NCBI GenBank assembly: GCA_963809895.1
Contig: CAWELD010000003.1
Location: forward strand, 800,001 to 864,000
DNA: 64,000 bases
Direction of reading: 5' to 3'
Source of the DNA: an uncultured Gemmatimonadales bacterium
GTDB taxonomy: Bacteria; Gemmatimonadota; Gemmatimonadetes; Longimicrobiales; Gaopeijiaceae
Shown: positions 22,150 through 32,300 of the stretch, piece after piece
How the letters are laid out: every line of letters starts with the position of its first letter
Position numbering within the stretch: position 1 is the first letter of the stretch
Program-made: the position numbers and the translations under genes
Notes under the pieces: model-generated
Database searches by the model: none
Seen by the model: only the letters and a program-made list of their open reading frames with translations
Told to the model about the DNA's origin: nothing

Positions 22150-22246
22150 CTGCAAATCCTTTATCTCCGGTTCGAATCCGGGCGGCGCCTCTTGGGGCTT
22201 CGGCGTTTTCGCGTCTCCTTCGCGGAAGCCCCGTTTCGCATTGGGG
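22150..22246 (+). repeat. att-like direct repeat, copy 2 (tRNA-Cys fragment from the anticodon loop onward)
   Basis: CTGCAAATCCTTTATCTCCGGTTCGAATCCGGGCGGCGCCTCTTGGGGCTTCGG; the tRNA 5' half is absent. Confidence 0.9.
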
Positions 22247-22293
22247 GGTCCGGTGCGCGTCCAAACCGATAGGCGGTGCGCCCGCGGCCCACC

Positions 22294-22462
22294 GTCAATC
22301 GCGCAACGGCCGCCTCTGTGGCGATGGATGCGGGATTCGCCGCAATGGCTCCGGTCGGGTGCACAACGGATGCCGCGTCCGGCGGGGCGTGCAGGGTTCC
22401 CGGAGATCGTTCACGTCACAAACGCAGCGACCGCTGGGGGAGGGCGTGGTTGCGGGATTGAC
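22294..22462. repeat. Intergenic 61-nt-period element, copy B, with terminal inverted repeats
   Basis: GTCAATCGCGCAAC...GTTGCGGGATTGAC ends; core motifs at 22329, 22390 and 22451. Confidence 0.75.
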
Positions 22463-22693
22463 CCGGCGGGCTGGGTCTCCCCGAAGGCGCCGCATCGTCC
22501 GGCGTCAGTCCGGGCTCCGCGTTGTGCTGTCGGCCGGCGGCCGCTGTCGCCGCCCTCGACGGAAGGGGTCGTGGAGCGACGTCCGGAGCAGTATCGTCGA
22601 ACGTCACCTGGGGAAGGACCCCGTGGCCTCACGACCGAACCTGTCAGACTACTCCTACGGGCGGACGAACCCACCCGGCTGCGGAGACGTTCC

Positions 22694-23130
22694 GTGGATC
22701 AGAGCATCATGTTCTGCCGTGCCAGAGACGACGTGACCCTCGCCTGGGCCCGATCCGGTCGGGGGCCGCCGCTCGTGAAGGCCGCGAACTGGTTGAGCCA
22801 TCTCGAACACGATTGGTCGAGCCCCGTGTGGCGACCCCTGCTGGAGCGCCTGGGGCCAGCAACATACGGTTGTGCGGTACGACGAGCGCGGCTGCGGGCT
22901 GTCGGACCGAGAGGTCGAGGATCTCACCTTCGAGGCATGGGTGCGCGATATGGAGGCGGTCGTGGACGCCGCGGGCCTGGAGCGCTTTCCCTTGCTCGGG
23001 ATTTCCCAGGGAGGCCCCATCGCCATCGCCTACGCCGTCCGCCATCCGGAGCGGGTGAGTCGGCTGATCCTCTACGGCACCTACACCCGGGGACGACTGC
23101 AGCGCGATCCCTCTCGCCAGGCGCAGCAAG
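22694..23130 (+). pseudogene. Truncated alpha/beta hydrolase (type often fused to LuxR or adenylate-cyclase domains)
   Basis: GPPLVKAANWLSHLEHDW, RYDERGCGLSD, GISQGG nucleophile motif; extra G at ~22855; similarity stops after YGTYTRGR at ~145 aa, before the catalytic acid and His. Confidence 0.8.
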
Positions 23131-23215
23131 ATTGCGCGGAGCGCCGCGGATGCTCGCCGAACCTGAGGCCCTTCACGACCTCCGTTCACAGTCCCTCGTC
23201 GTGCGTCATTTTGCG

Positions 23216-23431
23216 TCATTGGACCCCGCAATCGGTGTTCTTGCAGTGCGTGGAATCGCAGTTCGTGAAGCTGCTGCTGTCGTGCTTGCACTTACCGTCC
23301 ACGCACTTGTCGTGTTCACAATCCAACGCCGCCAGCGGCGTTGGCGCGACGATGGAACCAAACGCGGCACCCGCGCCGGCGGCGGAGCTCATTCCGGCGA
23401 GAGCAAACAGGAAACGGCGGAGCGTCCTCAT
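23216..23431 (-). CDS. Secreted six-cysteine peptide 1 (71 aa)
   Basis: GAGGGAG RBS; signal-like N-terminus; mature part LDCEHDKCVDGKCKHDSSSFTNCDSTHCKNTDCGVQ; paralog adjacent. Confidence 0.85.
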   Translation of the reverse strand: MRTLRRFLFALAGMSSAAGAGAAFGSIVAPTPLAALDCEHDKCVDGKCKHDSSSFTNCDSTHCKNTDCGVQ

Positions 23432-23490
23432 GGTGGTTCTCCCTCGGTTGAAGGCGGTTGAAGATCGGGTCGAGACGGCGTCCGCTCTGA

Positions 23491-23718
23491 CTATTGGACC
23501 CCGCAGTCCGTGACGTCGCATCCGACGTTGCCGGGTCGCATGTCGCAGTTCTGTGGCTGCGGGTTGTCGGACTCACACTGACCCAGGAGACAACGGTCGA
23601 ACTCGCATCCCGATGCGGACAGGGCTGCCGGTTGTAGGCTCAGGCCGGCGGTTGCGCCACTGATCACCACGGCACCGAGGAAGGCGATGCGCTTGAAGGC
23701 GCTCTTCGGAAGACTCAT
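23491..23718 (-). CDS. Secreted six-cysteine peptide 2 (75 aa)
   Basis: AAGGGAG RBS; signal peptide ending ALSA; mature part SGCEFDRCLLGQCESDNPQPQNCDMRPGNVGCDVTDCGVQ. Confidence 0.85.
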   Translation of the reverse strand: MSLPKSAFKRIAFLGAVVISGATAGLSLQPAALSASGCEFDRCLLGQCESDNPQPQNCDMRPGNVGCDVTDCGVQ

Positions 23719-23988
23719 TGCTTCAACTCCCTTGAGCTGTGACCGGGCCGGAGGTGACGAGGATCGAACACCTGTCCCGCGCGGCCGTTTCCAAATAAGT
23801 GCGTAAGCGCTATGGGAGGTTGACACCCGGCTCTCTTGCTCGAGGCGTTGCGAGACCCGGTCTGGATCAGCGCGTGGTCCGGCGGACCTGACAGGAAAGA
23901 CGCCGCACGTGTACGGGCGGCCGGCGGCGGCGCCCCATGCCGGGTGCGCCCAAGTTAGATATTCCGGGTCGGCGCCGCCGGCGACCTT

Positions 23989-24166
23989 GCCGTCAATCTC
24001 ACAATCGCCGGCTCGTGGCGGACGCATGCGGGACTCGGGGCGATAGTTGCCCCTAGACGCGCAAGGGCCGCTCCGTCGCGCGGCGCTTGCAGGGTTCCCG
24101 GCGATAGTTCGCGCCGGGAGCGCAACGGTCTGGCGCGCGGGGTCTGCATGCAGGATTGACGGCGAT
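23989..24166. repeat. Intergenic 61-nt-period element, copy C, with terminal inverted repeats
   Basis: GCCGTCAATC...GATTGACGGC ends; core motifs at 24027, 24088 and 24149. Confidence 0.75.
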
Positions 24167-24211
24167 CGCCGGCGTACCGCCCGGGCGGGTCACCTGGGCT
24201 GGCACCCCCCG

Positions 24212-26981
24212 CTACCCGTCCGCCGCCAGCGCCTCTGCGGGCTCGATCTTCAGCGCCCGCCGGGTGGGGACCACGCAGGCGAGGAGGCACACCAGCGTCA
24301 TGACCAGCGTGTGGGCGAGGAGGAGGGCGCCCCGGGTCGGTGTGGGCTCGAGGGTGCCCTCCGAGGCAGCGAAGACCACGAGGGCGAGAAGCATGGACCC
24401 GACCAGCACGCCCGTCGCCACGAGACGGGCCATACGGCCTGCGACAGCCGTCACTACCTGCCGGCGGTCCGCGCCCAGGGCGACCCGCACGCCGATCTCG
24501 CGGGTCCGGCGGGCGACCGTGTACGAGATGATGCTGAAGATGCCGGCGTTGGTGAGGAGCATGGCCAGGACGCCGGCCACCACCACCACCCGGAACCAGG
24601 CGTCGTAGGCGGCCAGGGTCGCACGATCCGCCTGATCCAGCGAGATGGGATCGTCGACGCGGAGCTCCGGGTCCACGGCGCTGGCCAGCGTCCGCAGACG
24701 ACCCGCGAAGGCCGTGGGATCCCCCGAGAGATGCACGGCCACCTTGAGGGAGTAGGCCTCACGGGGCGACAGGTGGTGGTAGATGCCCGCGTTGTGCGGG
24801 AGGTCGGGGTCGATGGTCATGACCACGTCCCGCACGACGCCGACGATGCGGTACCAGTCGCCGGCCTCTTCGGGATCCGGTCCGGCACCGCTCGCGGCGC
24901 CGGGGCCGGTGTAGCGGAGCCTGGCACCGACGGCGTTTCGCCCTCCCAGGAACTCCCGCACGAACGACTCGTTGACCACGACGACACGCTCGCCGCTTCC
25001 GGCGTCGCCCTCGTCGAAGCCGCGTCCGGCCACCACGTCCATCCCGAGCACGCGAAAGAACCCCGGGGCCACGCTCACGAGCTGCGCCCGGTTGCCCCAC
25101 TCGTCGGGATAGGACGCGTTGGGCGCATCCACCTCCACGGGCCGGCGCTCGTGCCACGCGCCCGGGAGCTGTGTGGCCACAGCCACCCCGAGGACGCCAG
25201 GCTCAGCGGCCAGGCGACGCTCGAGCTCCTGCACGTCGCCTCGAAAGCGCCCACCGAACACCGGGTCGGCAGCGGCCTCCTCCCCCGAGCCGAAGGCCTC
25301 GCCACCGTCCAGGGCGAGCTCCGCCGACAGGAACTCCGTGGCAGCGAACCCGGGGTCCGCCGTGCGGATCTTCCAGGTCTCGGCCCCGAGCCAGAGGACC
25401 ACGGGGACGAACATCACCGTGAGGGCCACCTGGGTGACGATGATGCCGCTCCACAGGCGTCCGAGGCGAGACCCGGAGCCGCGCCCGGCCAACCGTTGCA
25501 GGCTACCCTGGGCGTGGCCGCCTGTGATCTTGAGGCCCGGGAGCACGCCCGCGATCGAGGCGCCGACCAAGGCCAGCAGCACGGCGTATCCCACGGTCGC
25601 CGGATCGAGTCGCTGATGGAACCAGAAGGGGAAGGGCTCGCCCGACGACGAAGCGATCCCGAGCACCCACCCCAGGGCCGCCGAGCCCGCGGGCAGCCCG
25701 ATCACGAGCGCCACGGCGGCCAGGGCGAGAGCTTCCGCGAAGAGCTGCCCGACGATCCGTCCACGGCTCGCACCCAGGGCGCTCCGTACCGCGATCTCGC
25801 CCTCGCGGGCGGCGGCCCGGGCGAAGAGCAGCAACGCCACGTTTGCGCACACCAGCGCCATGAGCGCCATGAGGAAGAGGGCGCCCAGGGCGAGGATCCC
25901 TCCCATGCTCATCACGCCTCCGGTCTGGACCGCGGTGGGCGGGAACCGGTTCACGCGCGCCACCAGCTCGCCGTGGCTCTCGGGCCAGACCTCGGCGAGG
26001 CGCTCGCCCATGGTCGCCACCTCGGCCTGGGCTCGCTCCAGCGTCGCTCCGGGCGCCAGCCGACCCAGCACGGCGAGCGCCGGCCCGCTGCCGGGCTCGT
26101 ACGCCGTCGCATCGAGGTGCAGCGGCGTCCACAGGGTGAAGGAGGCCGGGAACTCGAATCCTCTGGGCATGACGCCCACGATGGTGGTGGCCTCGTCGCC
26201 CAGATGCACGATGCGTCCGACGATGTCGGCGTCTCCGCCGAATCGGCCCTGCCACAGGTCGTAACCGATCACCGCGACCGGGGGCGCGCGGGGCCCATCG
26301 TCGGTTGGAAGGAGCGGGCGCCCCAGCAGGGGAGGGACCTTCACCAGGCCGAAGGCCGACGCAGTAATCGCGACGGCTCGCACCGGGGCGGTGTCGTCCT
26401 GGCCCAGAGACAGATTGCGAGGCCCGGCCGAGAACGCACCCAGGTCGGTCACGGAGCGCAACCTGCTGCGCCATACCTCCAGATCGCGGGCGGTGCGTGC
26501 GTCGGGCAGCGACGTGCGCGTGTTCATGTTGAAGACGCGCACCAGGTTGTCGCCGCCCTCGTACGGAAGCCGCGGATACGCCGCGTCGCGGAAGAACTGA
26601 AAGGCGCCCGCGCCCATGGCGATGCCGAAGGCCATGGCGACGCCGCCGATGACGGTGATGCCGGGATAGCGCGCCAGCATGCGCAGGCCGAGCTTGAAGT
26701 CCAGCCACGAAACGCCCATGGCGAAGCGGCGGCGCGCTGCCCGCGTGGCGGGGGTCCGCGCTCGACCGGCGCGCCGGTCCCGTCTCCGCTCCCTGAGCAG
26801 CGCCACACCCATGTCCAGGGCCTCCAGTGCGCGTCCCGAGCCAGGCCCGGATCCGTCCGTGGCGCTGCAGCCGCCTCCGGTGGGACTCTTCCAGGTCGCC
26901 CAGTACCTCTTCGGAACGGTCCGGTGGGGCCAGGCGGGTGAGAAGCGACCGGGCCCAGCGGGGGATGCTCAGACGGTCCAT
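24212..26981 (-). CDS. ADOP-type duplicated ABC permease (MacB/FtsX domains); one extra base at ~26840
   Basis: N-terminal EEVLGDLEE prefix in frame 27023; DFKLGLRML, EIAVRSALGASRGRI and RRTREIGVRVALGA in frame 26812; joins as AWLGT-[c]-ALEALDMG. Confidence 0.88.
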
Positions 26982-27046
26982 GAGCTCCTGCGGGCAGGGC
27001 CGCAGATCCTGGCAAGACGGCACATCGGGTCTCCTTTAGTTGGTCT

Positions 27047-27059
27047 GTGACTATATTAG
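27047..27059. promoter_or_regulatory. Possible PadR-type operator upstream of the ADOP permease
   Basis: GTGACTATATTAG resembles the CTGAC-N3-GTCAG site upstream of padR. Confidence 0.3.
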
Positions 27060-27227
27060 GGACGCGAGGTGCCAGCGCAAGCTCCGGCTCGGAGGAGGCC
27101 AGGGAAGCGGTGGCCCGCCCGTGCCCCGGTCGCAGGGCACCCGACTGGTGGCGAGCGCCCCCGAGCCTCACATTGGGCCGCCAGAGACGACCCGCCCAGC
27201 GCATGACCCGAAGCCCCCTGCACGTCC

Positions 27228-28883
27228 ATGAAGACACGACACGCCCTCGCCATCCTCCTGTCCGCCTTCCTGCTCGTCCTGGTGCCGCCGCCGTCGCTGC
27301 GTGCCCAGGGCCGCGAAGTTCCTCACGCGCCTCCCCGCGGCGACGAAGGGGATGGCCCCTTTCAGCGCCTGATCATCCGCGGTGCCACCCTGGTCGACGG
27401 AACCGGAGCGCCGCCGGTGGGCCCGGTGGACATCGTCATCGAGGGCGATCGCATCGTCGAGGTGCGGAGCGTGGGAGCTCCGGGCGTTCCGATTCGTGAG
27501 GGGCGGCGGCCGCAGGGAGCCACCCGGGAGCTGGATGCGTCGGGCATGTACGTGCTTCCGGGGTTCGTGGACGCCCACGCCCACATCGGCGGGCTCGCCC
27601 AGGGCACGCCTGCCGAGTACGTGTACAAGCTCTGGCTCGCCCACGGCGTGACCACGATCCGAGATCCGGGCTCGGGCAACGGCGTGGACTGGACCCTGCA
27701 GGCGCGGGCCCGCTCCGCCGCCAACGAGATCGTGGCGCCTCACATCGTGGCCTACGCCTTCGTGGGCTCGGACTGGGACGGCGGGCCCGTGACGACCCCC
27801 GAAAAGGCCCGCGAATACGTTCGCTGGGCGGCGGACAAGGGTGTGGACGGCTTCAAGATGATCCCCGGCTCCAGGCCGATCTCCAACGACCCGGCGGTAT
27901 TCGGCGCGGTCATCGACGAGGCCCGGAAGCTCCACCTGGGGACCATGTCGCACCTGAGCCAGCAGGGCGTGTCACGCATCAACGCCCTGGACGCGGCCCG
28001 CATGGGGCTGGGCTCCATGGAGCACTACTACGGCCTTCCGGAATCCCTCTTCGACGATCGCACGGTCCAGGACTTTCCCACCGACTACAACTACAACAAC
28101 GAGTACGACCGCTTCGGCCAGGCCGGGCGGTTGTGGAAGCAGGCGGCGCCGCAGGGGAGCGAGCGCTGGAACGCCGTCATGGACGAGATGCTGGACCTGG
28201 GGTTCACCATCGACCCCACCATGACCATCTACGAGGCCAGCCGCGACGTCATGCGGGCGCGCCGCGCCGAATGGCACGACCGCTACACGCTGCCTTCGCT
28301 GTGGCAGTTCTATCAGCCGAACCGCGAGAGCCACGGCTCGTACTGGTACCACTGGACCACCCAGGACGAGATCGAGTGGAAGCAGGACTTCAAGCTGTGG
28401 ATGAAGTTCCTGAACGAATACAAGAACCGAGGTGGCCGGGTGACCACCGGCTCCGACTCGGGCTTCATCTACAAGCTCTACGGCTTCGGCTACATCCGGG
28501 AGCTGGAGCTCCTGCAGGAAGCCGGCTTTCACCCCCTCGAGGTGGTGCGGGCGGCCACCATGGACGGCGCCAACCTGCTGGCGGAACAGCAGGACACGGT
28601 GGCGGACTTCGGGATCGTGGAGCCCGGTAAGCGGGCCGACCTGGTCATCACCGAGTACAATCCCATCGAGGACTTCAAGGTGCTCTACGGCACGGGCACC
28701 CTGCGGCTGAACGACGAGACCGGCGCCGTGGAGCGCGTGGGCGGCGTCCGCTACACCGTCAAGGACGGCATCATCTACGACGCCCGCCAGCTCCTGGACG
28801 ACGTGGCGCGCCTGGTGTCCGACGCCAAGGTCCAGGCCGGGATGGCGGCGGATCAGCCGCTGACGGTGTTGGGGGGGCGGTAG
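27228..28883 (+). CDS. Secreted amidohydrolase family protein
   Basis: Signal peptide; LPGFVDAHAH metal motif; GSDSG; GIVEPGKRADLV. Confidence 0.92.
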   Translation: MKTRHALAILLSAFLLVLVPPPSLRAQGREVPHAPPRGDEGDGPFQRLIIRGATLVDGTGAPPVGPVDIVIEGDRIVEVRSVGAPGVPIREGRRPQGATRELDASGMYVLPGFVDAHAHIGGLAQGTPAEYVYKLWLAHGVTTIRDPGSGNGVDWTLQARARSAANEIVAPHIVAYAFVGSDWDGGPVTTPEKAREYVRWAADKGVDGFKMIPGSRPISNDPAVFGAVIDEARKLHLGTMSHLSQQGVSRINALDAARMGLGSMEHYYGLPESLFDDRTVQDFPTDYNYNNEYDRFGQAGRLWKQAAPQGSERWNAVMDEMLDLGFTIDPTMTIYEASRDVMRARRAEWHDRYTLPSLWQFYQPNRESHGSYWYHWTTQDEIEWKQDFKLWMKFLNEYKNRGGRVTTGSDSGFIYKLYGFGYIRELELLQEAGFHPLEVVRAATMDGANLLAEQQDTVADFGIVEPGKRADLVITEYNPIEDFKVLYGTGTLRLNDETGAVERVGGVRYTVKDGIIYDARQLLDDVARLVSDAKVQAGMAADQPLTVLGGR

Positions 28884-29313
28884 CCGCCTCACCGCCTCCA
28901 GCCACCACGAAGATCTTCGCCACGTCGGCGCCGTAGCCCAGCGTGGCGACGATGCGGGTCTTGCCCAGGCCGACGGCCACGATGGTGGCGTCGGGATCCC
29001 GGGCATCGACCCGGGCCACGGAGGGATCCTCGCTGTAGACCTCCACGCGCTCGGCCCGGTCGGGAAAGGAGTCGCCCATCTGCGAGAACACCCGGATGTG
29101 GAGCTTGATGGACTCGCCGGGCGCCAGGTACACGGAGTCGGGCACGACGCGCACGTTGAAGACGAAGGGCGGCGTGAAGGCGTCCTGGGTGCAGGCGGAG
29201 GCGAGCCCCGCCAGGGCGAGCCCGCACAGCGCGAGCCGTCCGAGCCCGCGCAGCCGCCCTCGAAAGACATCCCCCGAACCCACGGACCGGGACCACGCCG
29301 TCCGGCTCTTCAT
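28771..29313 (-). CDS. Ig-like lipoprotein, paralog of 20160-20810 (3' end uncertain, overlaps the amidohydrolase)
   Basis: Lipobox ASAC; PDSVYLAPGES...FSQMGDSFPDR aligns with PDSAYVPVGES...FDQRGDSMPDR; ATGA-coupled to the TBDR. Confidence 0.72.
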   Translation of the reverse strand: MKSRTAWSRSVGSGDVFRGRLRGLGRLALCGLALAGLASACTQDAFTPPFVFNVRVVPDSVYLAPGESIKLHIRVFSQMGDSFPDRAERVEVYSEDPSVARVDARDPDATIVAVGLGKTRIVATLGYGADVAKIFVVAGGGEAATAPPTPSAADPPPSRPGPWRRTPGAPRRPGAGGRRR

Positions 29314-32300
29314 CGGCTGCCCTCCTGGAACGTGACCCGGGCGCCGAGCTGGATCTGCCACTGGGAGTCCGGGGACCGGGGATTCCAGGGGGGCGAGACT
29401 CCGCCCTCGCCGTTGGGGCGCGAGAGGATGCCTCCGCCCCACTGCAGGAGCTCGCCGCAGTCGCACTCCTCGTACATGGGGATGATGGGCGGCGCGGTCT
29501 CGATGCGGCCCCAGGTCCCGTGCAGGAGGTTGAGGACGTTGATGAGATCCGCCTCGAAACGCAGGTCCGCGGCTCCGAGACGAAGGCGCTGCGCCAGCCG
29601 CAGATCCAGCCGGTTCTCCCAGGGCGTGCGGCAGCCGTTCCGCTCCAGGATCTGTCCGCGGTGGCTGGCGAGACAGGCGTCGCTGCCGAGCGCTGCCTGG
29701 GTGAGGATCTTGGTCGCCAGCGTCGCGGGCAGCTCGTCGCCGGAGCGAGGCACGTAGATGGGATCGTTCCAGCGGTCCTGGGTGCCGCCGAGGCCGGGGA
29801 AGCCGTCGCCGTTGAGGTCGAAGTCGTAGACGTAGGTGAAGGGTGTGCCGGACTGGCCGGTGAAGAGGAGCGAGATCTCGGTATCCTCGAACCCCGGGGG
29901 CGCACCGAAGAGCGCCACCACGAACTTGTGCGGGCGATCGAAAGCCGAGGTCACCAGCAGCGGCTTGTTGATGCTCACGGTGCTCGGATTCAGACCGAAA
30001 TTGGACAGCATGTCACCGAAGATCAGGCTCATGCGGTCCCAGGAGCGCGCCAGGGAGTAGCCGGCCTGCACGCGGAGCCCCTCGGCGATCTGCCCCCGCA
30101 CCTCGGCGGTGATGGAGACGCCCCAGTCCTCGCCGTCGTTCTGCACGACCAGCACGTGATCGAAGGGCGAGATCACGCTGCCGAAGCCAGGGATGTCGTG
30201 CTTGCGCGGCTCGTAGAAGTTGCGTTGGTCACCCAGACGGAGCTCGGCGGGCGTGGGATTGCCGCCGAACTGCGAGCTCGCCAACGCCGGCTTCACCTGG
30301 TGGATCGCCTTGCTGAAGAGGGTTCCCAGAGACGCGCTCCAGTGGTCGGTGAGCTCGCGGTCCACCGCCATGGAGAACTTGATGTCCTGCGGGAACTTGA
30401 AGTCGTCGCGGAAGACCACCACGTCGCCCAGGCCGCCACAACCCCCGGGCGTCGCGCCCGGATCGAAGGCGGGCGTGTCCTCACCCTCGCACGCCACCGT
30501 GCGGGTGCGCACGCCGTCGTTATGGAGCGCGTCGGCGAGCCAGATGTAGGGGAGCTGGCCCGTGAACATCCCGCCCCCGACGCGGAGCTGTGTCCTGTGC
30601 TCACCGCTGCTCTGCCAGTTGAATCCCCACCTGGGCGAGATCAGGAGATTGCCGCTGGGCACGTTCGACGTGTGGTACCCGAAGAAGTCCAGCACGCCGA
30701 CGTTCTCGCCCGCCGTGGCGAGGAAGTGGGGCACGTCCAGGCGGATCCCCAGCATGAGGGAGAGGCCCTCGCGGAGCGTGAGGTGGTTCTGCGCGAACAG
30801 GCCCCACTCCAGCACGTCGAAGTTGACGTCGGGCGGCTCGCCATCGGTGACCACGCCACGCTGGAAGCGCGTGGGCGTGTTGGCCTCCAGATGGGCGAGA
30901 CTCGGGAAGTAGTACTCGCCCGAGGCGCCCGGCAGATAGCCGTGGGAGAGATCGTACCAGGCGGCGGTCGCGCCCACGGTGAGCACCCGCTCGGCGTTCA
31001 CGAAGCTGAGCGCCTCCGACAGGCGGACCGCGGTCTGCGAAAGCGCGTTCTGCTGTCCGAACAGGTTGCCGCCGAGCCGCACCTCACGCTGGTACGGCAC
31101 ACCGTCGATGTCGCTGCGGAGGTCCACCACCAACTGCGGCCAGTCGGCGGCGGCGCGGGTGTCGTCGGTGCTCCTCACTACCGACAGCTCCAGCTCGTTG
31201 GATCCCACGCCCTCGATGTCGCTGAAGAGCTGGAGCGAAGTGGTGTTGGAGGTCGAGGTGTGGAAGAGGGCGTTGGAGGAGAGCTCGTAGGGCCCGAAGC
31301 CGGTCCGGTTGGGCTCCTCGTCGTTGGAGGCCCGCACGAAGACGTTCCGGAGCGTCATCCGCTGTCCCTGGGCCAGGTTCCAGTCCACGCGCGCGAACAC
31401 GTTGGACAGGTGCTGTGCCAGGGAATAGGTGCCGGCGGTGCCGGCGTCCAGGCCGAACTGGGCCTCGACGGCGTCCTGGAGCTCGGTCATGGCTTCGGGG
31501 GAGATGCGCACCAGCGCCGGATCGTCCCGGAAGAGGTTGTAGCCCACGGGGACACGGTGGCGCTCCTCGAACTCGCCGGCCACGAAGAAGTGGGCCCGGT
31601 CGCGCACGATGGGCCCACCCACGGACAGCGCCGCCAACGAACGATCCACCCCCGAGGCGTCGACGGGCCCCGTGGCCAGATTGAGGTCGCCCATGAGGGC
31701 CTCGTTCCTGTGCACGGCCGAGGCGCGCACCCGCCAGTCGTTGGTGCCGGAACGGGTCACCGCGTTCATGACGCCACCGGTGAATCCCGACAGGCGCACG
31801 TCGAAGGGCGCGATCAGGACCTCGTACTGGGAGATCGCATCCAGGGGGATGAGCTTGGCGCCGGACTGTCCCCCGGGCACGCCGCCCGAGGTGAGCCCGA
31901 ACATGTCCTTGTTGAGCACGCCGTCGACCAGGATGGCGTTGTAGCGGTCGTTCTGGCCCGCCACCGAGAAGCCCCCGCTCTCGGTGGGCTTCACGAGAGG
32001 CGACAGGAGCGCCAGGTCCATGACATCGCGCGACATCAGGGGCATGGCCTCGACGGTGCGCTCGGTGAGGCGGGTGGTGGGCCCCACCACGCTGCGGTCG
32101 AAGATGGGCGCCCGCTCGACCTCCACGTCCAGCCCCGCCAGCTCGAGGGCCTCGGGTCGTAGCACCGCGTCCACCACCGTGGTCTCCCCGACCTGGAGCT
32201 CGAGTCCCGCCTCCTGGTAGTCGGAGAACCCCAGGCTGCGCACGGTGACCGTATAGGGGCCGCCGGGCTGCAGAAGGAGGATCAGGAATCCCCCCTCGGC

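Larger units (their letters stand above)
15943..22203. mobile_element. tRNA-Cys-integrated genomic islet remnant (no integrase visible)
   Basis: Bounded by the tRNA-Cys 3' duplication; first and last cargo genes use visibly more A/T-ending codons than the core genes. Confidence 0.65.

Noticed and set aside
22150..22190. Second tRNA-Cys gene
   Set aside because: The 5' acceptor strand and D-arm are missing; it is an att-like fragment.
23216..23718. Ranthipeptide/SCIFF or lanthipeptide precursors
   Set aside because: The N-termini look like hydrophobic Sec signal peptides rather than RiPP leaders, and no modifying enzyme is in the window.
26969..27037. AAAGGAG + ATG (27025, minus strand) opening an 18-codon ORF before the ADOP permease, possibly a padR remnant
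   Set aside because: Too short to show recognisable PadR similarity; cannot be supported.
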